From assembly GCF_009914755.1 (NCBI RefSeq), contig NC_060938.1: a DNA stretch of 64,000 bases. One strand, given 5' to 3'. This DNA is from the human T2T-CHM13v2.0 reference genome, Homo sapiens. The notes under the pieces are model-generated. The model searched no databases. It was given only the letters and a program-made list of their open reading frames with translations, and had not been told where the DNA came from. Positions 39,623 to 54,704 of this stretch are shown here, piece after piece. How positions within the stretch are numbered: the first letter of the stretch is position 1; the number at the start of each line of letters is the position of its first letter. Made by a program: the position numbers and the translations under genes.

Positions 39623-41327
39623 AAAAACACAATGTAATTGCCTGAGAGAAATGTGGATCTTCTTTTTAAGTGCTTCCGGATTTGGATTTTCCACTCAATT
39701 CCTCTTGTTGATATTGGAACCACAAAATTCATGAAAAATAAATATACAGCAGAGAAAGAAACTGGAGGGCTGGGGCCAGAGTGCCTGAGAGCACCAGCAG
39801 GGGAGGTGTTCCAGGCATGTGGTCTGCCTCTTCTCCACCAGATTGCCTTAGAGGAGCCTCTCTCGAGCCTCCACCCCTTCCTGTAGGGCTGGAGCAGGAG
39901 GCTGGCATCACAGCACCAGGCACTCTGGTAGGACACCTGCTCAGTGCCACTGAGAGGCTCACAGGGCTGGGCTGCAGGGCAGAGCTGCGGAAGCACTGGC
40001 TGAAGCCCAGGCTCCGGCCCAAGGAGTGAGGCCTGGCAGATGGCAAGGACACACACAGCCCAGCTGGCCCCAAGCCTCCTTGCCTGGTTCAGGGGAGGGA
40101 AGAAATGGGAGGAAAAGAGGTTAAGAAAAAGTGGAGGTTTCAGAAAAGAAAGCAATGTGCTAATGCTGGGTTCTGTAGCTCCTGCTGGCTTAAGCAGACA
40201 AAGCACAGTAAGGCCCAGAAGGCTGTCTCTCCAGGAATCTCGCTTCAGTTTTACAAGGCAGCTCACTTCCTGAGAAAGGAGCTTCCCAACGCTCATGTTA
40301 AAGGCCAAGAGTCCTTCCCAAACCTCCCTCACCAGGACTCTTCACAGCTGCCACCTGAGAGGGAGGATCCTTCTGTAGGGAGAGAGGAGCTCACTGCCAA
40401 GTTCCTCTTCTTCCATGAGACTATCCACATTCTCAGAACAGCTGACCTGCCCCTGAGCCATCAGCATCATGCCCCTAAGATGCTTAGCCAAGTTCAGCAA
40501 GGAAGCAAGAGTTTCAAGGTTTGGAAGGGAAAATTCAGTCCTGCTAACTTTGGGATGCTCTGGGCAAGTCATTTCTCTTCCTCACCAAGCCTTCTTCCAT
40601 TTGAAAAGGAAGAGATGATACTACCCAACTTGCCTGCAAATGGATTAGCCAGGGCAAACTTTGCAAATCAAATGCCTTTGCATTCATTAACGCCTCCCAG
40701 GCAGAACGTACCCTCCCTAGGGCAATGAAATGTTCCCAAGGTTTATGGAGCTCAGAAACTCTCAAGGGAGAAGGGCGGGAGTCCTCAAGAATTTGTTTCT
40801 TGTTTGGTCTCAGAGGAGGGCAACTAAGCCCCAAGTGTGGGAGAGCTGCTGTTACAGGCCACAAGGAAGGATGGCTCCAGAGAAAACACAAGTGACAGCT
40901 GCTGCTGACATGTTTGAGACCTTGGACAAGTTCACTGCCTCTGTGGGAAGGGAACAAAGTTCTTGATTTTCCTCTGAGACTCAAAGAAAATTTGAGTCCA
41001 TGCTTTAATTTCCTTATCATTTGTTCATATGGTCCTGTGAAACCCTTTGAGGGATTAGCACCAGAAACCAGTAAAGACTGGACTCCAAACCAAGTAACCC
41101 CAGAATGCTGCGTATGAAACCGCAAAATGCAGCATGTGACCGCAATACACAAATTTGATAGTGAGGGTACCAGAGAACTATTGCCATATTAATCTATAGC
41201 AAACCCTCAAATGAACTGCTGAAGTCTTGGATTAGAAAGCCTTTGGTGCATATTTGTGGCAATAATGAAACCACAAAGAGCATCATCCAGCACAACTGCT
41301 GGATCTAGGAGAGAAAAAACAATCCCG

Positions 41328-41629
41328 GGCCGGACACAGTGGCCCACGCTTATAATCCTGACACTTTGGGAGGCCGAGGCGGGAATATCACTTGAGCCTA
41401 GGAGTTTGAGACCAGCCTGGGCAATATGGTGAGACCCCATCTTTATAAACATTTAAAAATTAGCCATGCATGGTGGTATGCATGTATAGTCCCAGCTACT
41501 TGGCTGAAGTGGGAGGATCACTTGAGCCCATGAAGTTGAGGCTGCAGTGAGCCATAATCACACCACTGCACTCCAGCCTGGGCGACAGAGCAAGACACTG
41601 CCTCAAAAAAAAAAAAAAAAAAAAAAAAA
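41328..41629 (+). mobile_element. Alu (J-like)
   Basis: Full length with A-tail. Confidence 0.93.
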
Positions 41630-41949
41630 TCCTGATTCTGGAAATCATTTGGGGTGAATGGGAACAGCTATTCTCTGAAAAATATAAATTATTTCTAGCA
41701 CAAGGGACTTCAAGAAAATATCTAAGTTCTTGTTCTAAATTGTTGTTTTATTAATTACTCTATTTACTATTGCTAGAAAGATGGGAACTGCTGGCAAAGA
41801 TATTTATGTTCAAAATTGTAAATCATTATGGGATCCATTTCTAATAGGACCTTGGATACATCAATTCTTTGATCCCTTATAACACATAATGAGATCTGCT
41901 AAAAATCAACAAATTTGCAAAAGAGAAACTGAGCTATAATGACAACAGT

Positions 41950-42185
41950 AGCTAGCATTTTTGTTCACCCGTCATGTGCCAGGCATCTGACACACATTTT
42001 TATCCACAGCATAGCACAATCCTATCTGCAAGGTGGGTATTATTTATTCTTCCCATTTTACTGAGGAGGAAAATGAAGATCAGAAAGATTAAATTACCTG
42101 CTGTGGCCACACAGCTAGCAAGTGTTAGAACCTGGATTTGAAGCCAGGTCAGACCGTAGCCAAAGCATGTAGTCTCTGCCACACC
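41950..42185 (-). mobile_element. MIR
   Basis: CCCATTTTACTGAGGAGGAAAATGAAG core. Confidence 0.75.
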
Positions 42186-43000
42186 ACACAGCAGGAGTTT
42201 CTACTACAAATGAAGTCACCTCACGAGGAACGGAAATTTACTACTCACGGTGCAGTAAACAGAGGGTGCAGGTAAGAGCTAGGTAACATGGAGTAAAGAG
42301 GCTGCTGCGGCAGCGGTGTTAAACTTGATTCTTATTTAGATCCTTTAAAGGGTAGGGCAAGTACTTGGGAAAGCAGTAGATTTAATACATTTTGCAGAGA
42401 TGATAGGTGAAGGCAGCAGATACTAAGAAAGGCACCATCTAGAGAAACTAGAAACTCGAGCAGGTATGAAATGAGATCACAGTCAGGAGCAGTAGGAGGC
42501 CCTGCTGTGGGGAAGGGAAGCGAGCAGAGCCTGGACACCCACAGGTGACTGGAAGAAGAGAGGAGAGAGACAGCGGAAGCTGCAACTGGACACCAAGTGA
42601 GTAGGAGAAAGCAGGGAGAGAAGGAAGGAAAAGAAGACAGGAAAGGAGGGAAGAAGGGGGAAACGCCAAACAAATGACAGTGGCATTTGGTCTAAGTACG
42701 CATCCCAGTAAAAGGCTGGTGCCTGGACCCTGCCTGGGAGAAGGGGAAGGTGACGTCCTGGGCTACAGGAAAGGTCTGTCTGCCTGTTAGAAGAGGATGT
42801 CAGGAGAGCATCAGGGGAATCTTGGGGCTCAGCCTTCCCTTTCCTCAGTAAAAATGGCCTCATTTTACCAGCTGCCTTAGCTTAAACAGACTATCCACCT
42901 CTAGCAGTTTAGAAATAGCTCTGTATTACTGGTTAGAGCAAAAGCCAAATAAAAAAACAGAAACAACCTAATCAGGCATCATTTTAAAATTGGTTAAATA

Positions 43001-43414
<414 letters not shown>

Positions 43415-43486
43415 CTAAGTTAAACAACGTAAGCTGTTAAATAGTATTAAACTATAGAACATTTTCAGTAAAAATAAATAGCAATT

Positions 43487-43710
43487 GGCCAGCCGTGGTG
43501 GCTCATGCCTGTAATCCCAGCACTTTGGGAGACTGAGGCAGGCAGATTGCTTGAGCTGAGGAGTTTGAGACCAGTCTGGACAACATAAGAAAACCCATCT
43601 CCACTAAAAATTCAAAAATTAGCCAGCTGTGGTAGTGCATACCTGTGGTCCTAGTTATTTGGGAGGCTGAGGTGGGTGGATCACTTGAGCCCAGGGAGAC
43701 TCTGTCTCTC

Positions 43711-43751
<41 letters not shown>

Positions 43752-43752
43752 G
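43487..43752 (+). mobile_element. Alu (J-like, internally deleted) followed by (CT)n(TA)n
   Basis: Alu body to ~43706, then dinucleotide tracts. Confidence 0.85.
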
Positions 43753-44751
43753 CATATAATTAGTATATGTATAAAAGAATATGGAGGAATATGCATCAAA
43801 TTATGGTCCATGATTATCTAAGGGCTAAGAAAGGTGGATGATGAAGAACTTTCATTTTCTATGGTCTGTATTTCTGTAATATTTTACATTAGTAAAACTT
43901 TGTATTACATTTGTGATCAGAAAAAACAAAATTAAGTGTTTCTGAAAAGACTGTGAATAAAAAGTTAAATCTCCCACCACATCTCAATGAGAAAAGGTAA
44001 AATTGCCTAAAACTTGAAGTCAGGTGCTTCCAACTGAATAAAATACTTTTCCCCCCTAGAATCTAAGAGAATTGCAGCAAATATGGCCTGATCCTTGAGC
44101 TTCTGACCTTCCCAAAAATAGTTTGGGATGGCAGGAGCTGGACTTCTTAGCAAAGAGTCCTCCTATTCACTGGGCAAGAAGGCAATCCCCCAGTGACATG
44201 AACCAAGCAAAGAAAGTATATTCACACCCAGAGAACTTTCAGGAAACAAGATCCTCTTATCACCATCAACCGGGAGTCTCATCTTTCACCCACTCATTGA
44301 ATGAGCCCTTTTGTTTCCCCTAAAGGATCGTCATATATTCTTTCCCTGCTTCTACAGAACATCCTGGTGCCCCAGAATGGGGCACTGAGAGGCACAGGAG
44401 GAGTCCCAGTAAAAACTCAGTTGTCCACATTTCCAAGAGAAACAGGACCTGAGAGGGCAGGGCTCTGAGAAAAGGGAAGGAACACCCAGGTAGGTGCACA
44501 TGTGTGGAAGCCAGGTCTGTGTTTTTTTTTTTATAACTATGCTTCAAAACTTACATGTGTGTGACTTATATTCTCATCCATATGTCATATATCCCACAGT
44601 AGGACACTAAAAAAGAAAAAAGGATCGAGCCTGCCTCAGAACATTGTAGGACAGGTGCAATAAGTTCATCAGTCTGTCAACAAACACATCCTCAGTGCCA
44701 GGCACTGCTCTATCCACAAATAATAAGCATTGAACAAAAAGTCCCTGCCCT

Positions 44752-45360
44752 AAAGAAATAGGAATGCTTTTACGATGTTGGTGGGAATGTAAATTAGTTC
44801 AACCATTGTGGAAGACAGTGTGGCGATTCCTAAAGGATCTAGAACCAGAAATACCATTTGATCCAGCAATCTCATTACTGGGTATATACCTATAGGAATA
44901 TAAATCATTCCTCTATAAAGACACATGCACATGTATGTTTATTGCAGCACTATTTACAATACCAAAGACATGGAACCAACCCAAATGCCTGTGAAAATGT
45001 GGTACATATACACCATGGAATACTATGCTGCTATAAAAAGGAATGAGATCATGTCTTTTGCAGGGACTTGGATGAAGCTGGAAGCCATTATCCTCAGCAA
45101 ACTAACACAGGAGCAAAAAACCAAACACCGCATGTTCTCACTCATAAGTAGGAATTGAACATTGAGAACGCATGGACACAGAGAGGGGAACAACACACAC
45201 CAGGGCCTATCGGGGGTTGGGGGTGAGGGGAGGGAACTTAGAGGACAGGTCAATAGGTGCAGCAAACCACCATGGCACATGTATACCTATGTAACAAACC
45301 TGCACGTTCTGTGCATGTATCCCATTTTTTTTAGAAGAAGAAATAAAGGAGAAAATAAAA
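44752..45360 (+). mobile_element. L1PA 5'-truncated insertion
   Basis: ORF2 C-terminus (KMWYIYTMEYYAAIKRNEIMSFAGTWMKLEAIILSKLTQEQKTKHRMFSL) plus 3'UTR; TSD GTCCCTGCCCT. Confidence 0.93.
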
Positions 45361-46389
45361 GTGTCCCTGCCCTTGACAGCATACACTCAAGCCTCATATA
45401 AGTGGGGAATGCCACAGGGCCACCTATCATGGTTCTTTGTATGTGACAGGGCTCGGCAAGTGTTCTCGAAATGATACTGTGCATCTACAGCAGGGCACAC
45501 ACGTGGCTGCACTGACCGGCTCCCCCACCCACTTGATGCTTTCCAGCCTCCCAGAGATTTCCAGCATCTACCAACCCTTTCTCCATCCCTAGCTACCTCA
45601 GCATCCCCACTTTCTTTCCAAGGAATCTCCATCCTCTTGGCCTAAAAATCATGTTATTCACTGCACAAAACTTCCCTTGACCTCTCTCTCAAACCATCAA
45701 GTTCTCAGAAAAGCAATCTGCATTCATTGTCTTCTGCTCCTCGCCACGGCTTTCCTCTGTAGTTCCTGATCATCGAGTTTCATGCCTCCACGAAAATTGC
45801 TTTCTTGAGGGTCACTTGAGCCTCTTCCAAGGCTAACAGCCTTCACGTACTCCTTTCCGACGTTAGACACGATTAACCATCCTTTTCTCAAAGCTGAATT
45901 TCCACGGCCTTGGATTCTCCTGGCTCTTCATCCTCATTGTGCTGTGATATCACAATCACATTTACTAGATTCTCTTCCTACACCCACCCCTTCAATGTTG
46001 GCATTACCCAAAGTTAAGGCCTCTCTTCTCTCATGTGATCCTTTCCCCTTTCTGTGCTGAGAGCTGTCAAATCGACACCCCCAGCCCAGCCCCTCCTGGG
46101 CTCAACTTGCTACAGCAGCTCCACAGAACACGCTGCAGCTGCTTCCCACTTAACACAGTTAACACTGAATTCTTTCTTTGTACCTCCTCCCTACTCCCAG
46201 GGTGCCTCTTTCTTTTAAGACTTTAATCTCAGTAAATTAGCAACAGCAACCTCCTAGATACCTGAGCTAGAAAACTCCAGCCACTCTCAGCGGCTCTCTC
46301 CCTCCCCTCAAGTGCCAGTGGGCACCACACACCTACAAGTTTTTTAAGAACCTGCAAAAATGCTTTAAGACTTGAAAAATACTATAAAT

Positions 46390-46582
46390 ACAAAATTAAG
46401 ATCATATAATCAAAATTAAGAATAATTCTAAAATCCTTTCAAATATTTCCGAGAACAAAAATGTTTTATTAGCCTGGGTAACACAGTGAGACCCCATCTC
46501 TGTAAAAACATTTTTGTTCTTGGAAATATTTGAAAGGATTTTAGAATTATTCTTAATTTTGATTATATGATCTTAATTTTGT
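46390..46582. repeat. Near-perfect AT-rich inverted repeat, 78-bp arms, 37-nt loop
   Basis: 46390-46467 is the reverse complement of 46505-46582 with one mismatch. Confidence 0.95.
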
Positions 46583-46604
46583 GTCCACTGGCACTTAAGG
46601 TGGT

Positions 46605-46898
46605 GGCCTGGGCGCGGTGCCTCACAACTGTAATCCCAGCACTTTGGGAGGCCGAGGTGGGCAGATAACCTGAGGTCAGGAGTTCAAGACCAGCCTGGCC
46701 AACATGGTGAAACCCCGTCTCTACTAAAAATACGAAAAATTAGCTGGGCGTGGTGTTGGGCGCCTGTAATCCCAGCTACTAGAGAGGCTGAGGCAGGAGA
46801 ATCACCTGAATGCAGGAGGCGGAGGTTGCAGTGAGACTCTGTCACAAAACAAACAAAAAGCTAAAACAAATAAACAACAATAACAACAAAAAAAAAAA
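46605..46898 (+). mobile_element. Alu (Sx-like) with internal deletion in right arm
   Basis: GCAGTGAG joined directly to ACTCTGTC, consistent with deletion between GTGAG repeats. Confidence 0.92.
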
Positions 46899-47224
46899 CC
46901 ACACCCCATGATATTTAATATGGGATATTGGCAAATTTGAATATCTTTGGTCCTTTATGTGGTAGGGCCTGAAAATACTGACGCTGGATCCTACCTCACA
47001 TAGAAAGTACAGATACCAGATACTCTGACTTCTCAGAAGCTCTTGAATTCACCACCTCCCTTCCATTCCTACTGCCCTGGTTTAGACCCTCTTGAGTCCT
47101 TTGTTATATTTCTGCAGGGTGTCCTAAAACATAGCTGGTTGTATGTCACTCCCCTGTTAGAAAGTTTTGATGGTGCCCCAAGATCTGGGTCCCTGGTCAA
47201 AACCAATCTTGGCTTCCTGTAGAC

Positions 47225-47442
47225 CAGGGGTGTCCAATCTTTTGGCTTTCCTGGGCTGGACTGGAATAATTGTCTTGGGCTACACATAAAATACACTAAC
47301 ACTAATGATAGCTGATGAGCGAAAAAAAAAATTGCAAAAGATTCTCATAACGTTTTTTAAAAGTTTATGAATTTATGTTGGGCCACATTCAAAGTTGCCC
47401 TGGGCCACATGCAGCCCACAGGCCATGGGTTAAACAAGCTTG
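47225..47442 (+). mobile_element. MER30 (hAT-Charlie non-autonomous DNA transposon)
   Basis: CAGGGGTGTCCAATCTTTTGGC...GGGTTAAACAAGCTTG; TGTAGAC duplicated on the flanks. Confidence 0.88.
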
Positions 47443-47789
47443 TGTAGACCCTGGAGCATTCTGCAGCCAGCCCCACAATGGCACCTACCTGGCTCCACTT
47501 TGTGTCATGCTACAAACCTCTCAAGAGCAGAGAACTGTGCCTTAGCCAATGACCTCTTTGTTTTCCACGCAGCCTAGCATATAACAGGCAATAACATGTC
47601 CTGAGGAGCAGCTGCTTCTTGTCCCCACCTCCCTGCATCATTTCTGTCTCTGCTCCACCGCTACTTGGTCCTCCATGTCATTGTTGTGCACATAGTAGAT
47701 TCTAGGTCTTAACTAGCCAAACTTGAAAGCCATTAAAAAATGCTTGGTTTCAATTCACCATAACCATTCTCCCTAGTGTCCTAGATTTC

Positions 47790-48020
47790 AGACAGTGAGA
47801 ATAGCATCGGCTTTTGGGTCAAGTAGATCTGGCTATAAATCTGAAGTCAGGCACTTAATTGACTGTGTGAATCAAAGCAAACTTCGCTTGACTAGCCTTA
47901 GCCTCCTCATCAGTAAAATGGCAATTACAATATCACACTGAATGGACTATTGTGAGAATTAAATGAGTGAAGGTATTTGAAGCCCTAGCATGGCAGCTGG
48001 CATATGACAGGGGCCCATAA
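47790..48020 (+). mobile_element. MIR
   Basis: CCTCCTCATCAGTAAAATGG..TTGTGAGAATTAAATGAG core. Confidence 0.75.
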
Positions 48021-48090
48021 GTACATAGCATCAGCAAATAGAAGCAGAGTCTCAGATTTCTCATATTATTACTTTGGCATCATGAATTCA

Positions 48091-48478
<388 letters not shown>

Positions 48479-51309
48479 TGAAAGAGGTAAACCTCTATGT
48501 CCTAATATGGAAAGACGTCCAAGGTGTTTCATCATTAAGCCAAAAGGACAAGTTACAATGTAGTATGAAAAAATAAATGACCACAGCATACACATAGATA
48601 CATATATATACCTACACAAACACATATCTGTATCTATGTGTATATGTCTACATGTGCCTGGAAAATCTCTAGAGAATAGACAAGAAATTGTTAATAGTTG
48701 TTACCTGTGCCTCTTCGCAGTAATAAGTCTAGGAGTGCCATTTATACTCTTTGGTACTGTCTGAATTATTTTTACCCTGGGTAAAAATAACATGTTCGTG
48801 TTATAATTTCTAAAAACTGGTTTTTAAAAAGTTATAGAAGATGAAGAAGGAGAGGGAAGGAGAGATACAGGCAGGAAAGAAGGTCTGGACCATGGATCAG
48901 GAGACCAGGGTTTCACTCAAGAGTCCTGCACTGACTATGCAAGCTCATGCCAATAACTCCCCTCTGGATCTCCTTTATTGGTAAAATAAGGGAGCTGAAC
49001 AAGATGCTCTTCAGGGACAATTTCCATTAGATAATGTTTGCAAGATGCTTGGAGTAGATTTTATGTATATAACATCTCTCTTTGATGAGTCTTGATGCTT
49101 TAAGCATCAGGTCTTAGAGAAAGGACAATGTATACACGATTTCATTTTGACCCCCTTCACATTTCAGTGAGAAAGCATTCCCACCGTCTTACAGACAGAG
49201 AAACCAAGTATAGACTGTAATGATCACTTGCCAACAAAATACACTGCTCACCAAACTCTGCTGCTCACAAAGAATTACGACTGCCAGGAGTTTTATAGCT
49301 CCCAATTCATTCTGTGCCTCTTCTGCAGAGGAGGCACACAGCTTATGCAAAACAAGCAGAAGGCACTCTACGCTGGTAGAAGCAGGGTGAGATGTAAAGT
49401 GACTTCCTCTGGGTCAGAGCATAAACAAAGCTCACTCCCAGCATATTTAGAAGTATTGAACCCTTGGGATCAACTCCGCATCCCTCCCCCACCTGGACTG
49501 AAAGCTTCACCTTGAAGATGCGTTTCACTGCAGTCATTTTCTGAGCGTTTTCTGGGTCAGATGCGGTGAGAGCAGCTAAACCAAGGCTGCCAATGGAGTT
49601 GCTACATTGAGGACACTGTACTGAGTACCAACTCTACCATGCACCCACTGGGCTCACCAGCGACCATGGTAAGAAGGGCCTGGCTAGCCTGGATCCATGG
49701 AGTGCTCTTTCAGTCTCCTGGGCAAAGTGACTTCGCACAGCTTTGAAACACAAATGACCCAGTTTGCCCTCACGGGTATAGGTCTCTGCCTTGCAGAGGA
49801 TACTGGCTTCCTCTCCCAGAGCAGCTGCTTTGATTCTACCATCTTACTTCACTCCCCGTACCTGCAAACACCTTCATTCCTCCCATCACTTCACACCGTA
49901 AAGAACCCTCCTGCGTCAAGTTTAGGTTGAACATTTGGGCATCAAGATTTCCCAACAGTTCCAGAAAGCGGTTACAGAATGTAAACACCCACCTTGCAGA
50001 GAAAGGCAGAGCCTGCTCTACTGACTCTATAAGCAGCAACCTGGATTTTAAATGAGAAAAACAGAGACCATGGTGTGGCTAAAATACCACAAAGTAAAAC
50101 ATCTATGAAATGAATAAGACTGTTCACTCAAAGAGCATGCAGTGAGGCCACTAACTAGTAGTCAGCCTACTGGTGACCTTCACTATGGCACCTAGTAATC
50201 CTCGAGATGGGGTGATGATCACTAGCATTCATGACATTCCAGAGCTTCTAGAAGCTGCTAGTTGTTTATCCTACCCTCACTGTCAGCTCTCCATCGAGTT
50301 TGCTGACTGTTGTCTGCTTATCGCTGGCCTCAGGACACCCGTAAGAGCTCAATGGGGTCTTCAGTTGTCTTGGCCAAGCCCGTTCCTCTGTCTCGCTGCC
50401 CTCAGGTCCCTCTCACAAGGCCTAACTTTGTCCCCTGCCCTTCTTTATCCCAGGCACATCTTGCCAAGGCCTTTGAGGGCCTTCCGCTTATCAGTTCATC
50501 TCAGACCCCACCACATACTCAGAGGCCTCGTAGCTCCACTCACCGCCTCTGGAAGTTAAATACCAGCTCCTATCAGTCACTGGGTGCAGGACGAGGCAGG
50601 AGAAGAGAGCGGCTGGATTGCAGTGGGAGTGCATCCATGACAGAGAGTTTTGTTGAAAGGAACAAAACATGCTCAGAGGCCTGAGCAAGCAGAATTCGGG
50701 TGAGTCCAGCCGTTGGTGAGGCTCACTTTTTGTCCGGGTAAGGCAGAAATGAGGGCAGAACAAGCCAACCAAAAAATACTGTAATATATTACAAGGTAGT
50801 TCCTACTTTGACATGCCTTAAGGACAAACAATAAACAGATTAACTGTACCCAGAAAAATAAAACCTCTATACAGGAATTTTCAGTCTTTTTTTTCTGAAG
50901 TGCTTTTCTTAACTCTTTATTGTTATGAAACAAATCTTGTGTCCGTGGATCTGAAACGCCCACTCAAAGAGCCTTTCATAGCTGCATTCTGAGGGTCAGC
51001 TTCAAACATTCACTGAAAAATGAGGTGGGAGTGACTGTATTCTGGATGAATAAATTTTTCTAGCAATAGACATATCTGACGATGTAAGTTAAAATCAGCC
51101 GTTACTTGTTCCTCCGATAAATGGGAAACAGTGGAGAATATAGAGGTGGAAGACAGCCTCCACTCAAGTCTAAAGCAATCCTCTTCCCTCCTCACCTCCG
51201 TCCCATCCATAGTGTCTTCCATTAGCCCCTCTTCATAATCTTCTATAGGTCATTAATTTCTGGATTATTTACAGTGCCTAATATTCTTGAAACCTCCCTC
51301 TATCACCCA

Positions 51310-52800
<1,491 letters not shown>

Positions 52801-53376
52801 ACAGCTGCCTTATGAGAGTGGGTATATTGTGCAGTACTAATTAGCATCTCCATCCTTAGATGTCAAATAACTACATTGGAAGTAGGATTCAGAACATTAA
52901 TTATTTATTAAAAGCTAATAAGGGGATTCAAGTCTATTAGGTTTAGTCATTGCAAATATAAAGCAATATATAAAGGTATGCAACTAATTACCTCTGTAAT
53001 TTCAAATCATTAAAGATGCAGGATTAAAAAAAAAAAAAAGAAACGCTGAGAATTAAGAGTCATGTAGTGTTGGCTTCCACCCCAATATGAGCAGGCACAG
53101 TGGTTCAAAGCAAGCACTCTAGAATAAACACACATGGGTTCAAGTCCAGCTATTACCTTACTTGGTGGGTATTCATGGGTAAGTTAACTTTTCCAAGTCT
53201 GATTGTAAATAATAAATACACATGAAAACTCTCAGCATAGTGCTTACCACATAACTTTCTCAATAAATGTTGACTTACTGTTATAATAAACTTATTAGCA
53301 TAACAATGCCTTGTATCCAAGTTAAAATTATAGGAACTTAGTTACGTGTAATTTCAAACATTCATTCTTTAATTTT

Positions 53377-53415
53377 TTATGAGCTCCACACTCTAACCAA
53401 CTGAGCTAACTGGCC
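53377..53415 (-). pseudogene. Retroposed 5' half of tRNA-Ile(AAT)
   Basis: Minus strand GGCCAGTTAGCTCAGTTGGTTAGAGTGTGGAGCTCATAA versus tRNA-Ile-AAT GGCCGGTTAGCTCAGTTGGTTAGAGCGTGGTGCTAATAA (35/39, reference from memory). Flanked by the direct repeat ATTCTTTA. Confidence 0.85.
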
Positions 53416-53431
53416 ACATGATTCTTTATTC

Positions 53432-53932
53432 TTTTTTAAATTTTTAATTAATATATTTATTTTGAGATGGGGTCTCACTTTGTAGTCCAGGCTGGAGTTC
53501 AGTGGCATGATCGTAGCTCACTGCAGCCTTGAACTCCTGGGCTCAAGCAATCCTCTGGCCTCAGCCTCCTAAACAGCTGGGACTACAGGTGTGAGCCACT
53601 GTGCTTGGTCAGATTTTTTTAATTTTTTTTTTTTTTTTTTTGAGACAGGGTCTCAATCTGTCACCCAGGCTGGAATGTAGTGGCACAATCATGGCTCACT
53701 GCAGCCTCAACTTTCCTGGGCTCACGTGATTCTCCCACCTTAGCCTCCTGAGTAGCTGGAACTACAGGCACGTGCCACGATGCCCTGCTTTTTTTTTTTT
53801 TTTTTTTAATTTTTGTAGAGACAGGTCTTGCTATGTTGTCCAGGCTGGTCTCAAACTCCTGGGCTCAAGCGATCTGCCCACCTCAGCCTCCTAAAGTGCT
53901 GGGATTATAGGCATGAGCTGATGTTTCCAGCC
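53432..53932 (-). mobile_element. Alu monomer (53432-53610) plus adjacent AluJ (53613-53932)
   Basis: Tandem reverse-strand Alu sequences with poly-T tracts. Confidence 0.9.
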
Positions 53933-54704
53933 TAATTTTTTAATCAACAAATATTTCTGAGCCACTCCCCTCCACGTATAAAACATGGCTCTAGGTGCAG
54001 AGGTTTTGTTTTGTTTTGTTTTTAAGCATGAGACTCAGTTCCCCATTGCAAGAAGCTTGAACTAACAGTGTAGAAGGCAAGTTGACAATTACAAAACAAG
54101 ATGATCCACCTGTAAGAAAGGAGTGAAAAGGGTACTGTAAAAATACAAAGGAGGAAGCAATCAGCGCTACCCCAGGACCTGGTAAGGAAGAGGGGCTGTC
54201 AGGCAAGGTTACAAAGAGAAGGCAACATGTAAGTTTTACAGAGGAATCCACAAGGAAAATTTTAAGGATAATAATAAATGTTAAGGCACCATCACAATCA
54301 CACACACAAAAAGCCCTGAAAAAAAAAAAGTCAGAGAAAGAGGAAGTTCTTCACCCAAGGGCAAACAGCAAGAGGAAAGGAGCTGGAAGCAACCCAGACT
54401 CTTGTCATCCAGCTCAAGGAGATTTTTTAGCTGAAATAAAACATCGCATAATATTTACACCCTTCCCCACCTGAGCTTGGGCTACATGCTCTACAAAGCA
54501 AATTAAACATCACCTGCCTGTCCTCTAAAAGTCTACAATCTAAAAACAGGCACACTAATAAATGAACAAATTCAAGAACTTTGATGACGAACTATCACCC
54601 AAAGACAGTGTTCTGAAACAAACACTTCTCAAGTTCAGTTTGGCCCCCAAAATGAGGATAATAAATTTTTGCCCTTCCCTTTGGAGATGTTAAATACCAA
54701 GGGG

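Noticed and set aside
39532-40728. Long ORFs of 266 and 207 aa
   Set aside because: No recognisable homology; one ends in an Alu monomer; overlapping ORFs on both strands are typical of GC-rich non-coding DNA.
44925-45158. L1 ORF2-like peptide
   Set aside because: 5'-truncated L1 relic with internal deletion; cannot be active.
53377-53415. Functional tRNA gene (Met by CAT anticodon)
   Set aside because: Only the 5' half is present, with no T-arm or B-box, and the body matches Ile rather than Met.
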